Below are positions 17,015 through 25,650 of a stretch of DNA of 32,000 bases, in pieces; within the stretch, counting starts at the first letter, position 1, and each line of letters starts with the position of its first letter. The notes beneath the pieces were generated by a model. It was not told the DNA's origin and made no database searches. It saw nothing but the letters and a program-made list of their open reading frames with translations. The stretch is from Candidatus Saccharimonadota bacterium (lineage in GTDB: Archaea > Nanobdellota > Nanobdellia > Pacearchaeales > GW2011-AR1), in assembly GCA_049511795.1 (NCBI GenBank), contig JBEKXS010000001.1, positions 330,001 through 362,000 of the forward strand, written 5' to 3'. Made by a program: the position numbers and the translations under genes.

Positions 17015-17659
17015 CCAGAGCTTTTCCATTTCTTTAACAATTTTTTTGTGCAGCTTTTCTTTTTCTGGCTTTTTCTCTGCATTTTTTTCTTTCTTATCTG
17101 AAAATGTTTTTTTCGTAAGTATTTTTTGAATTTCCTCAAGCTCTTCTTTTTCTGCTGGTTTTCTTTCAGTTGGTTTTTTCTCGTTATATAAAGGGATTAC
17201 ATTTATGATTTCATGACCAAGAATATTTGAATAAGAAATATCAACGCTTTCAGGTTTTAATCTTATTTTTATCAAATCAGAAATCTTTTTTGCTAAGCCC
17301 ATTACCTGAGGAGAAAGCTCGCCTTCAGATGTAACATGTTCTTTTGGGATAATTATTACATGGCCTTTTGAAAAAGGATTTATTTCCAATACAGCAATTG
17401 CCTTTGAATTCTGTGCTATTTTATAAGATTCTATGTTCCCTGCAATAATTGAGCAGAAAACACATTGGTCAGAAGAAGAGATATTTTTTCCAGAACCTGG
17501 CTTCAAAAGATTATTTTTTATAAGAAATGCTTCGAGTTGCTCTGAATCCATGCCGTTTATCTGGTTTATTGCGAATTCCTTCTTGTCTTCTGGAAAAGAA
17601 TGATCTATTTGTTCAATCAGTTTTCGTTTTATTGATTCTGTCTGTTCTTCTGTGAGCAT
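16994..17659 (-). CDS. HIT-superfamily-like protein with a degenerate histidine triad and K/E-rich tail
   Basis: CVFCSIIAGNIESYKI...INPFSKGHVIIIPKEH matches the HIT N-terminal half. The triad position reads GHEIINVIP. Confidence 0.6.
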   Translation of the reverse strand: MLTEEQTESIKRKLIEQIDHSFPEDKKEFAINQINGMDSEQLEAFLIKNNLLKPGSGKNISSSDQCVFCSIIAGNIESYKIAQNSKAIAVLEINPFSKGHVIIIPKEHVTSEGELSPQVMGLAKKISDLIKIRLKPESVDISYSNILGHEIINVIPLYNEKKPTERKPAEKEELEEIQKILTKKTFSDKKEKNAEKKPEKEKLHKKIVKEMEKLWLPKRIP

Positions 17660-17698
17660 TTTTACCTCTTTTATGTTAGTTATGCTGTTTTTCTAAAT

Positions 17699-17971
17699 TT
17701 ATCCTATTGCCCTTCTTATATCAATAACCTGAACAGAACTTACACTAGGAATTTTTCTTAACTCTTCTTCCAAATCTTCAAGCTCTTTTTCTTCAGGCCA
17801 TCCAAACATTATTACCAATGCCTTCAATCCAAATGCTATTGGCTGAATTTCAAAATTAGGATTTTGTACATTCTGTTCTTTGAGAATTTTATTCACATTA
17901 TCCTTTATATCATCTATACTTGTGTCAGGAGACTCAGGCATTATTTTTATTTTTACAGCTATAACACTCAT
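17699..17971 (-). CDS. ef1b: Translation elongation factor aEF-1 beta
   Basis: VIAVKIKIMPESPDTSIDDIK...IQPIAFGLKALVIMF...VSSVQVIDIRRAIG; 90 aa. The pattern matches archaeal EF-1beta. Confidence 0.85.
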   Translation of the reverse strand: MSVIAVKIKIMPESPDTSIDDIKDNVNKILKEQNVQNPNFEIQPIAFGLKALVIMFGWPEEKELEDLEEELRKIPSVSSVQVIDIRRAIG

Positions 17972-18073
17972 GATTTACCCTAATGGAATTTGTTTATAAA
18001 TGTAATTGTAATCCATTTTTAACTAACATAAAAACATCATAATACTTAAAAACCTTGGCTATTTTTCGTTGAT

Positions 18074-19027
18074 ATGTCACAAGGCAATGGAAATTATGAA
18101 AGAATTCTTGGAAAAATTTCAAAAGCATCTGGCTTGGAGAAAACAGAAATTGAACGAAGAATTGAAGCAAAAAAAGCAAAACTTTCTGGCTTGATAAGTA
18201 TGGAAGGCGCTGCACAGGTTGTTGCAGCAGAACTTGGAATTTCTTTTGAAAATGAAAAACTGAAAATTGATGAGCTTCTTCCAGGAATGAGGAAAGTTAA
18301 TACAATTGGAAAAGTAATGAACATTTCTCCTGTAAGGACATTCACAACAAAGAAAGGCGAAGCAAGCAAAGTTGTTAATTTTTGGATTGCAGATGAAACT
18401 TCAAACATAAAAGTTGTTCTCTGGGACACAAATCTTATTTCTCTTATTGAATCTGGAAAAATAGGAGTTGATACTGTTGTCGAAATTGCAAATGGCTCAA
18501 TGAGGGACAGTGAAATACATCTCGGGAGTTTTTCACAGCTAAAACCAAGCACAGAAGTTATTGAAAATGCAAAGACAGAGAAAGTTGTAAGACATAAAAA
18601 TATAGCTGATTTGAAAACAGGGGAAAACACAGGCTTGCGTGCATTTGTCTTGCAAGTTTTTGAGCCAAGATTTTTTAATGTCTGCCCCGAATGCAGCAAA
18701 AAAGTAACGCAGGAAGGAGAAGTTTTCATATGTGAGAAACACGGAAAAATAATGCCTGAGAAAAGAGCTGTTTCGAGCATTGTCATAGATGATGGTACTG
18801 ATTCTGTAAGAGCTGTTCTTTTTAATGAAGCATTGTCAAAGCTTGGTTTTTCACAGGTTGATGATGCTGACAAGTTTTCAGTAGAGAAAGAAGGAATTAT
18901 TGGCAAAGAGCTTGTTTTTACAGGAAATGTGAGAAATAATGCTTTTTTTAACAACCACGAGATTATTGTTGATGACATAAAGGAAGTCAATCCTGATGAG
19001 ATTATAGCAGAGCTTGAGAAGAATTAA
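18074..19027 (+). CDS. rpa: Replication protein A-like ssDNA-binding protein (OB folds plus zinc ribbon)
   Basis: OB-fold-like segments (KVNTIGKVMNISPVRTFTTKKGEASKVVNFWIADETSNIKVVLW) and CPECSKKV..x..CEKHG. Confidence 0.75.
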   Translation: MSQGNGNYERILGKISKASGLEKTEIERRIEAKKAKLSGLISMEGAAQVVAAELGISFENEKLKIDELLPGMRKVNTIGKVMNISPVRTFTTKKGEASKVVNFWIADETSNIKVVLWDTNLISLIESGKIGVDTVVEIANGSMRDSEIHLGSFSQLKPSTEVIENAKTEKVVRHKNIADLKTGENTGLRAFVLQVFEPRFFNVCPECSKKVTQEGEVFICEKHGKIMPEKRAVSSIVIDDGTDSVRAVLFNEALSKLGFSQVDDADKFSVEKEGIIGKELVFTGNVRNNAFFNNHEIIVDDIKEVNPDEIIAELEKN

Positions 19028-19081
19028 GGAATCAAAGTATTTTACTGGCTATTGCAAGATATATCTAATATTGAAATAATC

Positions 19082-19090
19082 TTTATAAAG
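19082..19090 (+). promoter_or_regulatory. TATA box (TTTATAAAG) about 25 nt upstream of the radA ATG
   Basis: Same spacing as the other first-gene promoters in this window. Confidence 0.4.
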
Positions 19091-19110
19091 AAGTTACTTC
19101 TTGATTTTTT

Positions 19111-20124
19111 ATGGCTCCAAAATTAGATGAGGCAAGTCAGATTAAAGAAGCTGTTTCTGAGGAAAGTAAAGAGGCTAAACTTACAGACCTTCCAGGAGTA
19201 GGGCCTGCTGTTGCTGCAAAGCTTGAATCTGCGGGCATTTATGACCTTATGTCAATAGCTGTAATGACTCCAACAGACCTTTCAGAAATCTCTGGCGTAA
19301 GTCCTGCTGTTGCTAGGAAGATTATACAGGCTGCAAGAAAAATGCTTGACCTTGGATTTGTTGAAGGCACAGAATATGCAAAAAAAAGGGAAAATATAAG
19401 CCATATTAGCACAGGAAGCAAAAGTTTTGACGAATTGCTTGGAGGAAGAGGCGTTGAATCAAGGTCAATAACAGAAGCATTTGGAGCATTTGGCTCTGGA
19501 AAGACACAGGTTGGCTTGACTCTTAGCGTGAATGTGCAGCTGCCTATTGAAAGCGGTGGTGCAAATGGAAAATGTGTTTTCATAGACACAGAAGGAACAT
19601 TCAGGCCCGCAAGAATAAAACAAATTGCAGAAAAAAGAGGCTTGAATCCTGAGCAAGTACTGAAAAATATTTTTGTTGCTCGTGCATTTAATTCAGACCA
19701 CCAGATTCTTTTGTTGGACAAAATTTCTGAAATGATAAAAGCAGGAGAACCAATAAAGATGCTTATTATTGATTCCTTAACAGCACATTTTCGTGCTGAG
19801 TTTACAGGACGTGGACAGTTAGCAGATAGACAGCAGAAACTGAACAGATATATTCATAATTTAATGAAACTTGCAGAGACTTATAATCTTGCAGTTTATG
19901 TAACAAACCAGGTTATGGCAAACCCTGCACAAATGTTTGGAGACCCAACAACAGCTATTGGGGGGCATATTGTCGGGCATGCTTCAACTTACAGAATTTA
20001 TTTGAGGAGAGGAAAAAAAGATTCCCGAGTTGCAAAATTAATTGACTCACCAAATCTTCCTGATAATGAATGCATTTTCTTTGTAAGTGATGCAGGCGTT
20101 GTTGATGGAAAAACAGAAGAATAA
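19111..20124 (+). CDS. radA: DNA repair and recombination protein RadA
   Basis: N-terminal HhH LPGVGPAVAAKLESAGI, Walker A GAFGSGKTQ, Walker B KMLIIDSL; 337 aa. Confidence 0.95.
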   Translation: MAPKLDEASQIKEAVSEESKEAKLTDLPGVGPAVAAKLESAGIYDLMSIAVMTPTDLSEISGVSPAVARKIIQAARKMLDLGFVEGTEYAKKRENISHISTGSKSFDELLGGRGVESRSITEAFGAFGSGKTQVGLTLSVNVQLPIESGGANGKCVFIDTEGTFRPARIKQIAEKRGLNPEQVLKNIFVARAFNSDHQILLLDKISEMIKAGEPIKMLIIDSLTAHFRAEFTGRGQLADRQQKLNRYIHNLMKLAETYNLAVYVTNQVMANPAQMFGDPTTAIGGHIVGHASTYRIYLRRGKKDSRVAKLIDSPNLPDNECIFFVSDAGVVDGKTEE

Positions 20125-20197
20125 ATGCCCCCACGAGGATTCGAACCCCGATTACAACCTCCGCAAGGTCGTGTTCTATCCGTTGAACTATAGGGGC
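20125..20197 (-). tRNA. tRNA-Arg (anticodon GCG assumed) with an atypical anticodon loop
   Basis: Hand-folded cloverleaf. Acceptor GCCCCUA/UGGGGGC plus A73, D arm GUUC-AACGGAUA-GAAC, T arm CGGGG-UUCGAAU-CCUCG. The anticodon arm CGACC-UUGCGGGA-GGUUG gives 8 loop nucleotides. No encoded CCA. Confidence 0.75.
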
Positions 20198-20239
20198 TAG
20201 TTATGTTAGAATAGAAATATTTATAATCTTTTTTAAATT

Positions 20240-21151
20240 ATGAATAAGATGAAAAGAGGGATAGTTATTGCCCTTGTTTTGTCATTTATCTTAATATCTT
20301 CCGTCGCTTTTTCTTCTGCTTATATTTTTCCAGATGCATGGAAGCAAATAAATGGGCATGTAATTATTGCTCCTACAGCTCCAACTACTGCTCCTACAGC
20401 TCCAACAACTACTAAAGGAACTACAGCTCCAACTACTGCTCCTACAGCTCCAACAACTACTAAAGGAACTACAGCTCCAACTACTGCTCCTACAGCTCCA
20501 ACAAATTCAGGCAGAGAATCAAAAACTAAAACCATTCCGTTAGTAACTATAGTTATCCCTCCACCGGCAGTTGCACCACCTACACCTTCAACAACAAATG
20601 CAAATAAAGGTGGAAATTCCCCTACTCCAGCTCCTACAACTCCAGCTGTTCCTGTTTCAACAACACCCAACGCAGTTACAACAGTGGTACCACCAACAAA
20701 TGTAACTGAACCAACTAAAACTATTGTAACTACTTATAATAATCAAATTGATAATAAAACTAAAAATGTTACTTCTGTATCTCAAACAAGCATAACTTCT
20801 ACTTGTGAAAATGGATTTAATTTATGCGATAACAATAATGTAACTTTTTGTTCTAACACTGCTTGTCCTTCAGGGAGCGTTTCTAATAGTAGTACTGCAA
20901 CTATAACAACTAATACTACTAGTTCTCCACAAGTAATTAAGAATGTAAATTCTACTATTACTATGGTTGCAACACAACTAAATCCTACTACAACACTTGT
21001 AACAATTTATACTACTCCTACTATTCCTCAAGGAGCAACAAATACTGTAACTCCAACAACTATAGTAACCCAGCTGTATGTAGTTGATTTAGGGTGTGGG
21101 TCTGGGTTTACATTAAAAACCGTTAATAATATAGCAACTTGCTCTAGATAA
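20240..21151 (+). CDS. Secreted Thr/Pro-rich surface protein (mucin-like, many N-x-S/T sequons)
   Basis: Signal-peptide-like MNKMKRGIVIALVLSFILISSVAFSSA, APTAPTTAPTAPTTTKGTT repeats, then a T/N/V-rich region with Cys pairs. Confidence 0.6.
   Translation: MNKMKRGIVIALVLSFILISSVAFSSAYIFPDAWKQINGHVIIAPTAPTTAPTAPTTTKGTTAPTTAPTAPTTTKGTTAPTTAPTAPTNSGRESKTKTIPLVTIVIPPPAVAPPTPSTTNANKGGNSPTPAPTTPAVPVSTTPNAVTTVVPPTNVTEPTKTIVTTYNNQIDNKTKNVTSVSQTSITSTCENGFNLCDNNNVTFCSNTACPSGSVSNSSTATITTNTTSSPQVIKNVNSTITMVATQLNPTTTLVTIYTTPTIPQGATNTVTPTTIVTQLYVVDLGCGSGFTLKTVNNIATCSR
20375..20504 (+). repeat. Perfect 48-nt tandem repeat, about 2.7 copies, in frame within the surface-protein gene
   Basis: The unit acagctccaactactgctcctacagctccaacaactactaaaggaact starts at 20375, 20423 and 20471. 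The last copy is partial. Confidence 0.9.
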
Positions 21152-21229
21152 ATTTTTATAATTTATTTTTATCCCCTTTTTTATTTTAAATAACTAAATC
21201 CTTAAAAATAAGATTCTGTTCATCACAAA

Positions 21230-22453
21230 ATGGAAATAATCGCTGATTTGCAGATACATTCAAAATATGCAAGAGCAACAAGCAAAAACATTTCTATTGA
21301 AAATCTTGAGAAATATGCAAGGATGAAAGGTCTTGACCTTTTGGGTGTTGGAGATTTTCAGCATCCTTTAAGAAGAAAAGAAATTGATGAAAAGCTTACA
21401 GAAGATGACAAGGGAATTTTAAGAACTGTCAATGGTTTTCCTTTTTTATGGCAGACAGAAGTAAGCCTTATGTACAAGCAGAATGATAAAAGAAGAGCTG
21501 TTCATTTGCTGATTTTTGCGCCAAACAGAAAAACAGCTGATGAAATAACAAAATTTCTTGGAAGCAAAGGCCGCCTGGATTATGATGGAAGGCCGATTTT
21601 TGGAATGACTGCGCGTGATCTTGTTTTTGAAATGAAAAAAATAAATGATAAAATTGAAATAATTCCTGCGCATTGTATGACTCCTTGGTTCGGACTTTTT
21701 GGTTCGAAATCAGGATTTGATAGCTTGAAAGATTGCTTTTTGGATCAAACAGAAAAAGTTTATGCTATTGAATCAGGAATGAGTGCTGACCCTGCAATGC
21801 TTTGGAGATTTTCAGAAGTTTCAAATGGAATTAATGTTGTAAGTTTTTCAGATGCACATAGTTTTTGGCCTTGGAGGCTCGGAAGAGAGGCAACTATATT
21901 TGACATTCCTGAATTGTCTTATGATAATGTAATAAAGGCAATAAGAACAGGAGAAGGGCTAAAGGCAACTATTGAAACTCCGCCTGAATATGGAAAATAT
22001 CATTGGGATGGACACAGGCTTTGCAATTTTTCTTGCGGACCAGAAGAAACAAAAAAACTAAATGGAATTTGTCCTGTATGCAAGAAGCCATTGATTATTG
22101 GAGTTGACAATAGAGTTGAAGAAATCGCTAAATTTCCAGCTGGACACAAGGCAAAAAGCTCAAAACCATTTTACAAACTGCTTCCTTTGCATGAAGTTAT
22201 TGTTCTTGCAGAAGGCACAAGACTTGAAAGCCCTAAAACTTGGGAAATTTACAACGAACTTATAAAAAATTTCGGAAACGAACTTAATATTTTGCTTAAA
22301 GTTTCCAAAGAAAGTCTTCTGGGAAAAAATGTTAATGAAAAACTGGCTGAGTTAATTTTACTCAACAGGGATGCAAAAATAAAAGTTGCTCCGGGTTATG
22401 ACGGAGAATATGGAAAAGCTTTATTGGGAGAAAAACAGGGAACTTTACTCTAA
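21230..22453 (+). CDS. endoQ: Endonuclease Q-like protein (PHP domain plus zinc finger)
   Basis: ADLQIHSKYARATSK..GLDLLGVGDFQHP, SGMSADPAM, SFSDAHSFWPWRLGRE, GKYHWDGH, CPVCKKP and a C-terminal PGYDGEYGK. Order and spacing are as I recall for Pyrococcus EndoQ. Confidence 0.75.
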   Translation: MEIIADLQIHSKYARATSKNISIENLEKYARMKGLDLLGVGDFQHPLRRKEIDEKLTEDDKGILRTVNGFPFLWQTEVSLMYKQNDKRRAVHLLIFAPNRKTADEITKFLGSKGRLDYDGRPIFGMTARDLVFEMKKINDKIEIIPAHCMTPWFGLFGSKSGFDSLKDCFLDQTEKVYAIESGMSADPAMLWRFSEVSNGINVVSFSDAHSFWPWRLGREATIFDIPELSYDNVIKAIRTGEGLKATIETPPEYGKYHWDGHRLCNFSCGPEETKKLNGICPVCKKPLIIGVDNRVEEIAKFPAGHKAKSSKPFYKLLPLHEVIVLAEGTRLESPKTWEIYNELIKNFGNELNILLKVSKESLLGKNVNEKLAELILLNRDAKIKVAPGYDGEYGKALLGEKQGTLL

Positions 22454-22567
22454 CTTGGTTTTTGTCTTAACAAATTTGTAATGGGCATCCATTGTTTTGT
22501 TCTTGCATTTATCACATACATCTTTTAATGTGTAAGAATTACAATTTTTGCACTTTTTTAGTTTCAT
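22445..22567 (-). CDS. nop10: H/ACA RNP protein Nop10 (short form, 40 aa)
   Basis: MKLKKCKNCNSYTLKDVCDKCKNKTMDAHYKF is a four-Cys zinc ribbon with the Nop10 pattern. Start moved to the ATG at 22567, which forms an ATGA overlap with the upstream Nudix stop. Confidence 0.7.
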   Translation of the reverse strand: MKLKKCKNCNSYTLKDVCDKCKNKTMDAHYKFVKTKTKLE

Positions 22568-23001
22568 CCTATATGAAGAAGATATTCCTTTAATCTTGGA
22601 TGGAATGATGTTGCAAATAAATCTTCTAATTCTGTAGCTTTTGCCCACTTAAGTTCCTTAATCTTTTCACCTGCTTTTGGCTTGTTTCCGTTTTTTGCTT
22701 CACACAGGAAATAAATTGCAAGAATGTCTCTCCTTTCCTCATATGTTTTTGAAAATACAGCTCCAAGGTTTTTAACGTCCAAGCCTGTTTGTGCTTTAAT
22801 TCTGTCCTTTAATGCCTTGTTTATTTCTCCATCTGCAGTTAGCCTCCCTCCAGGAAAAACCCATTTTAGGTTAGGCATGTAAGGGTCATTTTCCCTTTTT
22901 CCAACAAGGATTTTCCTTTCTTTAGGGTCAAAAATTATCCCAAGAACAATAACCTGAAAGTTGTTTATCTTTTCTTCTTTTTTCATAAAAACATATCTCA
23001 A
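22564..23001 (-). CDS. Nudix-fold protein with a degenerate Nudix box
   Basis: WVFPGGRLTADGEINKALKDRIKAQTGLDV sits where GX5EX7REUXEEXGU lies, but the RE..EE glutamates are absent. Confidence 0.6.
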   Translation of the reverse strand: MRYVFMKKEEKINNFQVIVLGIIFDPKERKILVGKRENDPYMPNLKWVFPGGRLTADGEINKALKDRIKAQTGLDVKNLGAVFSKTYEERRDILAIYFLCEAKNGNKPKAGEKIKELKWAKATELEDLFATSFHPRLKEYLLHIG

Positions 23002-23074
23002 AAATCCTTTTTAAGTTTTATGTATCATTAATCAATTGCAGGGAAAACATACAACCTGATTATAATACAATTAT

Positions 23075-23782
23075 TTACTTCTTTACAATACTAAAAATTG
23101 TATCTTTTGACTTACTCTTTTTTTCAATTGCATCAAGAATCTCGCGCAGTTTCTGGTCAGCTTCCTTTATGTCGCTATCCTCTCTTTTCAAGGAATACTT
23201 TCCTGCAGAAATATACTTTACTTCTGTGCCTTCAATTTTCCCCAAAATTTCCTTTATGACTTCAACACCATTTGGAGCAGTGCTTCTTAGAATTATTTCT
23301 TTTTTCACAATGCCTTTTTTCTGCTTTTGCTGGGAGTTTATTATTTCAAGAATCTTTTTTGAATTTTCCAGGCCAACAATCTTTTCAAGCTCTTTTGGAT
23401 TTGATTTTGCCTCCTGAAGAAAATCAAAGACCTTTTCTTTTTTTTCTATTTCATCAAGAACATTATTAGCATTTTCTCCAAGAACACCCTTTATTATACT
23501 TTCATAACTTTTCTCCATCTTGTCTTTTTCCCTGACTTCTTTCTGTTCTTTTTGGGTTACACGCCTTAATGAAAGGTCAATTCTGTCGCCAGAAACACGA
23601 AGAACCTTGCAGACAATCTTTTTTTTAGGAACAACATAATCTCTTATGTTCCTTATTCTTCCTGGTGCAATCTCAGAAAAGACTATAGAGCCTTCACCGT
23701 TGCCTTCTATTGTAACAAAAACAGTAGTTCCAACTATGCTTTCTACTGTGCAAAGTACAATATCTCCTGTTTCAAGTACCAT
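23075..23782 (-). CDS. eif2a: Translation initiation factor aIF2 alpha subunit
   Basis: N-terminal S1 domain GDIVLCTVESIVGTTVFVTIE...SEIAPGRIRNIRDYVVPKKKIVCKVLRVSGDRIDLSLRRV; 235 aa. Confidence 0.85.
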   Translation of the reverse strand: MVLETGDIVLCTVESIVGTTVFVTIEGNGEGSIVFSEIAPGRIRNIRDYVVPKKKIVCKVLRVSGDRIDLSLRRVTQKEQKEVREKDKMEKSYESIIKGVLGENANNVLDEIEKKEKVFDFLQEAKSNPKELEKIVGLENSKKILEIINSQQKQKKGIVKKEIILRSTAPNGVEVIKEILGKIEGTEVKYISAGKYSLKREDSDIKEADQKLREILDAIEKKSKSKDTIFSIVKK

Positions 23783-23806
23783 TTTAATAGAAAAAGTGAC
23801 TGGTTT

Positions 23807-25159
23807 TTAAATCTTAACCAACTCTATCTCGCAGCTTTCCTTCAGGGCATTTATGAACTCAGATTCTTTGTCTTTCTGCACAACACAGCCTGCTGCAAAT
23901 TCATGGCCTCCAACTTCTCCACCTATTTTTTTCACGATTGTGTCAAGAATTTCGCGTACATTTCTTCCTTTTCTTCCAACACCACGTGCAGAGACTTTTA
24001 TTTTGTCTTCATAATAAGCCATTGTTACAATAATTGTTCCCTCATCGTACAATGAGGAGTTAGAAAGTATGCTTGCTATTGTTCCTATAATTGTATCTTT
24101 GACGCTGTCTCTTGCATTTATTATTAAAAAGCCCTTTCCCTGTATTTTTTCAATCTTTTCTGAAGAATTTTTAACAGAATCCAGACCAGCAATAAGATGC
24201 TGCTTGTATTTTGCATGTATTGATTCTGCTTTTTTTCTTGCTCCTGGAACTTCCATGCAGAATTGGAGGGCAACTTCTGGCTCATCAAGGCGTGAGCATG
24301 CATTTATCATTGCGCTGAGTTCACGCGCATCTTCAAGCTTATTGAAAAATTTCAGCAGAAAAATATCGCCAACAAGTTCTTTATTTTTTGTGTTTGGATT
24401 TCTCAGCATTATTGATGTGACAAGTTTTTTCATTTCTTCATCATTTAAATCAATAAGACTTTTGTATTTTCCATTGACTGGTTCTATTCCTGAATGTCTG
24501 AGCAATTCTGTTATTCCTGTAGGATTTCCAGTAATTCCTGGTATGTATGGATCTGAATTATATTCAAGGACTTTGTTTACAGGGCGGGTGTAAGGATAAA
24601 TCAGCAATCCGCGCCTTCTTTTTATTTCTCCATCTTCAAGAATTCCATTGTTTAGCTTGTCAATGTTAGCTTCCATCAAATCACCAATCATTCCGAGAAC
24701 AGCAAGCTTTGCGAACTCTTTATTTTCATTGTTCATTTTCTTGCAAAAAAGATAAACAAGCCCTGAGGAACTTATATTTTCCTTTCCATAAATCATTGGA
24801 TTTACCATTGTGACATTTTCCGGAATTTCCTGCACAAGTTCATGATGGTCTATAATGAAAACTTCCTTTATTTCTGCCTCTTTTATGTAATTAAGCATTC
24901 CTGATCCCAAATCAAGAAAAATAACTGGCTTGTTTTTTTCCAAGCTGAAGATAAATTCTTTTTCAAGCCTTTTTAGAATCCTTACAGAAAATTTTCTGTC
25001 CATTCTTTTCATTGCCTGAACCATTATTGCTGCAGAAGAAATCCCATCTGTATCAAAATGGCTGACAACAAGAACTTCTCTATTTTTTGGAATTGCAATA
25101 AGTTTTTCAACAGCATTATTCATGCTTTCATCAAATTCAATATTACCTCTTTTTTCCAT
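23807..25159 (-). CDS. recJ: RecJ-like DHH/DHHA1 nuclease (archaeal RecJ/GAN, Cdc45 homolog)
   Basis: SHFDTDGISSAA, IIDHH and C-terminal GGHEFAAG. ATG at 25159 is preferred; the listed GTG at 25180 remains possible. Confidence 0.8.
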   Translation of the reverse strand: MEKRGNIEFDESMNNAVEKLIAIPKNREVLVVSHFDTDGISSAAIMVQAMKRMDRKFSVRILKRLEKEFIFSLEKNKPVIFLDLGSGMLNYIKEAEIKEVFIIDHHELVQEIPENVTMVNPMIYGKENISSSGLVYLFCKKMNNENKEFAKLAVLGMIGDLMEANIDKLNNGILEDGEIKRRRGLLIYPYTRPVNKVLEYNSDPYIPGITGNPTGITELLRHSGIEPVNGKYKSLIDLNDEEMKKLVTSIMLRNPNTKNKELVGDIFLLKFFNKLEDARELSAMINACSRLDEPEVALQFCMEVPGARKKAESIHAKYKQHLIAGLDSVKNSSEKIEKIQGKGFLIINARDSVKDTIIGTIASILSNSSLYDEGTIIVTMAYYEDKIKVSARGVGRKGRNVREILDTIVKKIGGEVGGHEFAAGCVVQKDKESEFINALKESCEIELVKI

Positions 25160-25183
25160 TTTAAAAACAAAACTTAACACTAT

Positions 25184-25576
25184 TTAAGCAAAATTGTGGT
25201 ATTGTTCCTGTTTTCTTAAAAGAGAGAAAATTCTTTCCCTTTCTCTCATTGCTCTTTTGTCCTGAGCATTTTTTTCCTTGTGTTTTGTAACCCTTTCCAG
25301 CTTTTCCCTTATGTTCTTGATATCCGGGTTCTGGTAAAGTTTCTTTTCCTTGAGAATTTTTGATATTTTTCCATGCTCTTTAGGATGAATTCCTTCATGC
25401 CTTAGAGCTTCACCTATTTTTTCTGAAGTCAAACCGGTTTTTGCAAGCTCAACTATCTTTGCCTCGTATTCTTTTTCTGTAATTTTCTTTTTTTCTTCTT
25501 TTTTTACTTCAGGAACTTCCTTTTTGCTTGCTTCCTGTTCTTTTTTTTCTGCTTTCTCTGATTTTTCTTTTGGCAT
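25184..25576 (-). CDS. rps15: Ribosomal protein S15 (uS15/S13e) with a K/E-rich N-terminus
   Basis: IVELAKTGLTSEKIGEALRHEGIHP...KISKILKEKKL...REKLERVTKHKEKNAQDKRAMRERERIFSLLRK follows the archaeal S15 pattern. Adjacent to recJ, as in many archaea. Confidence 0.7.
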   Translation of the reverse strand: MPKEKSEKAEKKEQEASKKEVPEVKKEEKKKITEKEYEAKIVELAKTGLTSEKIGEALRHEGIHPKEHGKISKILKEKKLYQNPDIKNIREKLERVTKHKEKNAQDKRAMRERERIFSLLRKQEQYHNFA

Positions 25577-25650
25577 CTGATTAGATGAAGAAGTTCGTTT
25601 TTAAAGTTTTTTATGTATTTTAAAGTAAAAATTTCCCACGAAGGTAAAAG

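Noticed and set aside
18094-18990. 298-aa ORF antisense to the RPA-like gene
   Set aside because: Its composition is Ser/Phe/Thr-rich and low-complexity with no motifs. The plus strand encodes a protein with clear OB-fold and zinc-ribbon features. It is a typical shadow ORF of an AT-rich gene.
19088-19102. Perfect 7+1+7 palindrome AAGAAGT-T-ACTTCTT between the radA TATA box and the ATG
   Set aside because: Palindromes of this length are expected many times by chance in 32 kb of AT-rich DNA. Its position is suggestive of an operator, but there is no second line of evidence.
20375-20504. Tandem 48-nt repeats considered as a possible CRISPR-like array
   Set aside because: The copies are directly adjacent with no spacers, are in frame within a long ORF and encode a peptide repeat.
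20320-20670. 116-aa Gly/Ala/Val-rich ORF antisense to the Thr/Pro repeat gene
   Set aside because: It is a mirror image of the ACN/CCN repeat codons. It has no start context or promoter, and the plus-strand ORF has a signal peptide and continues for 303 aa.
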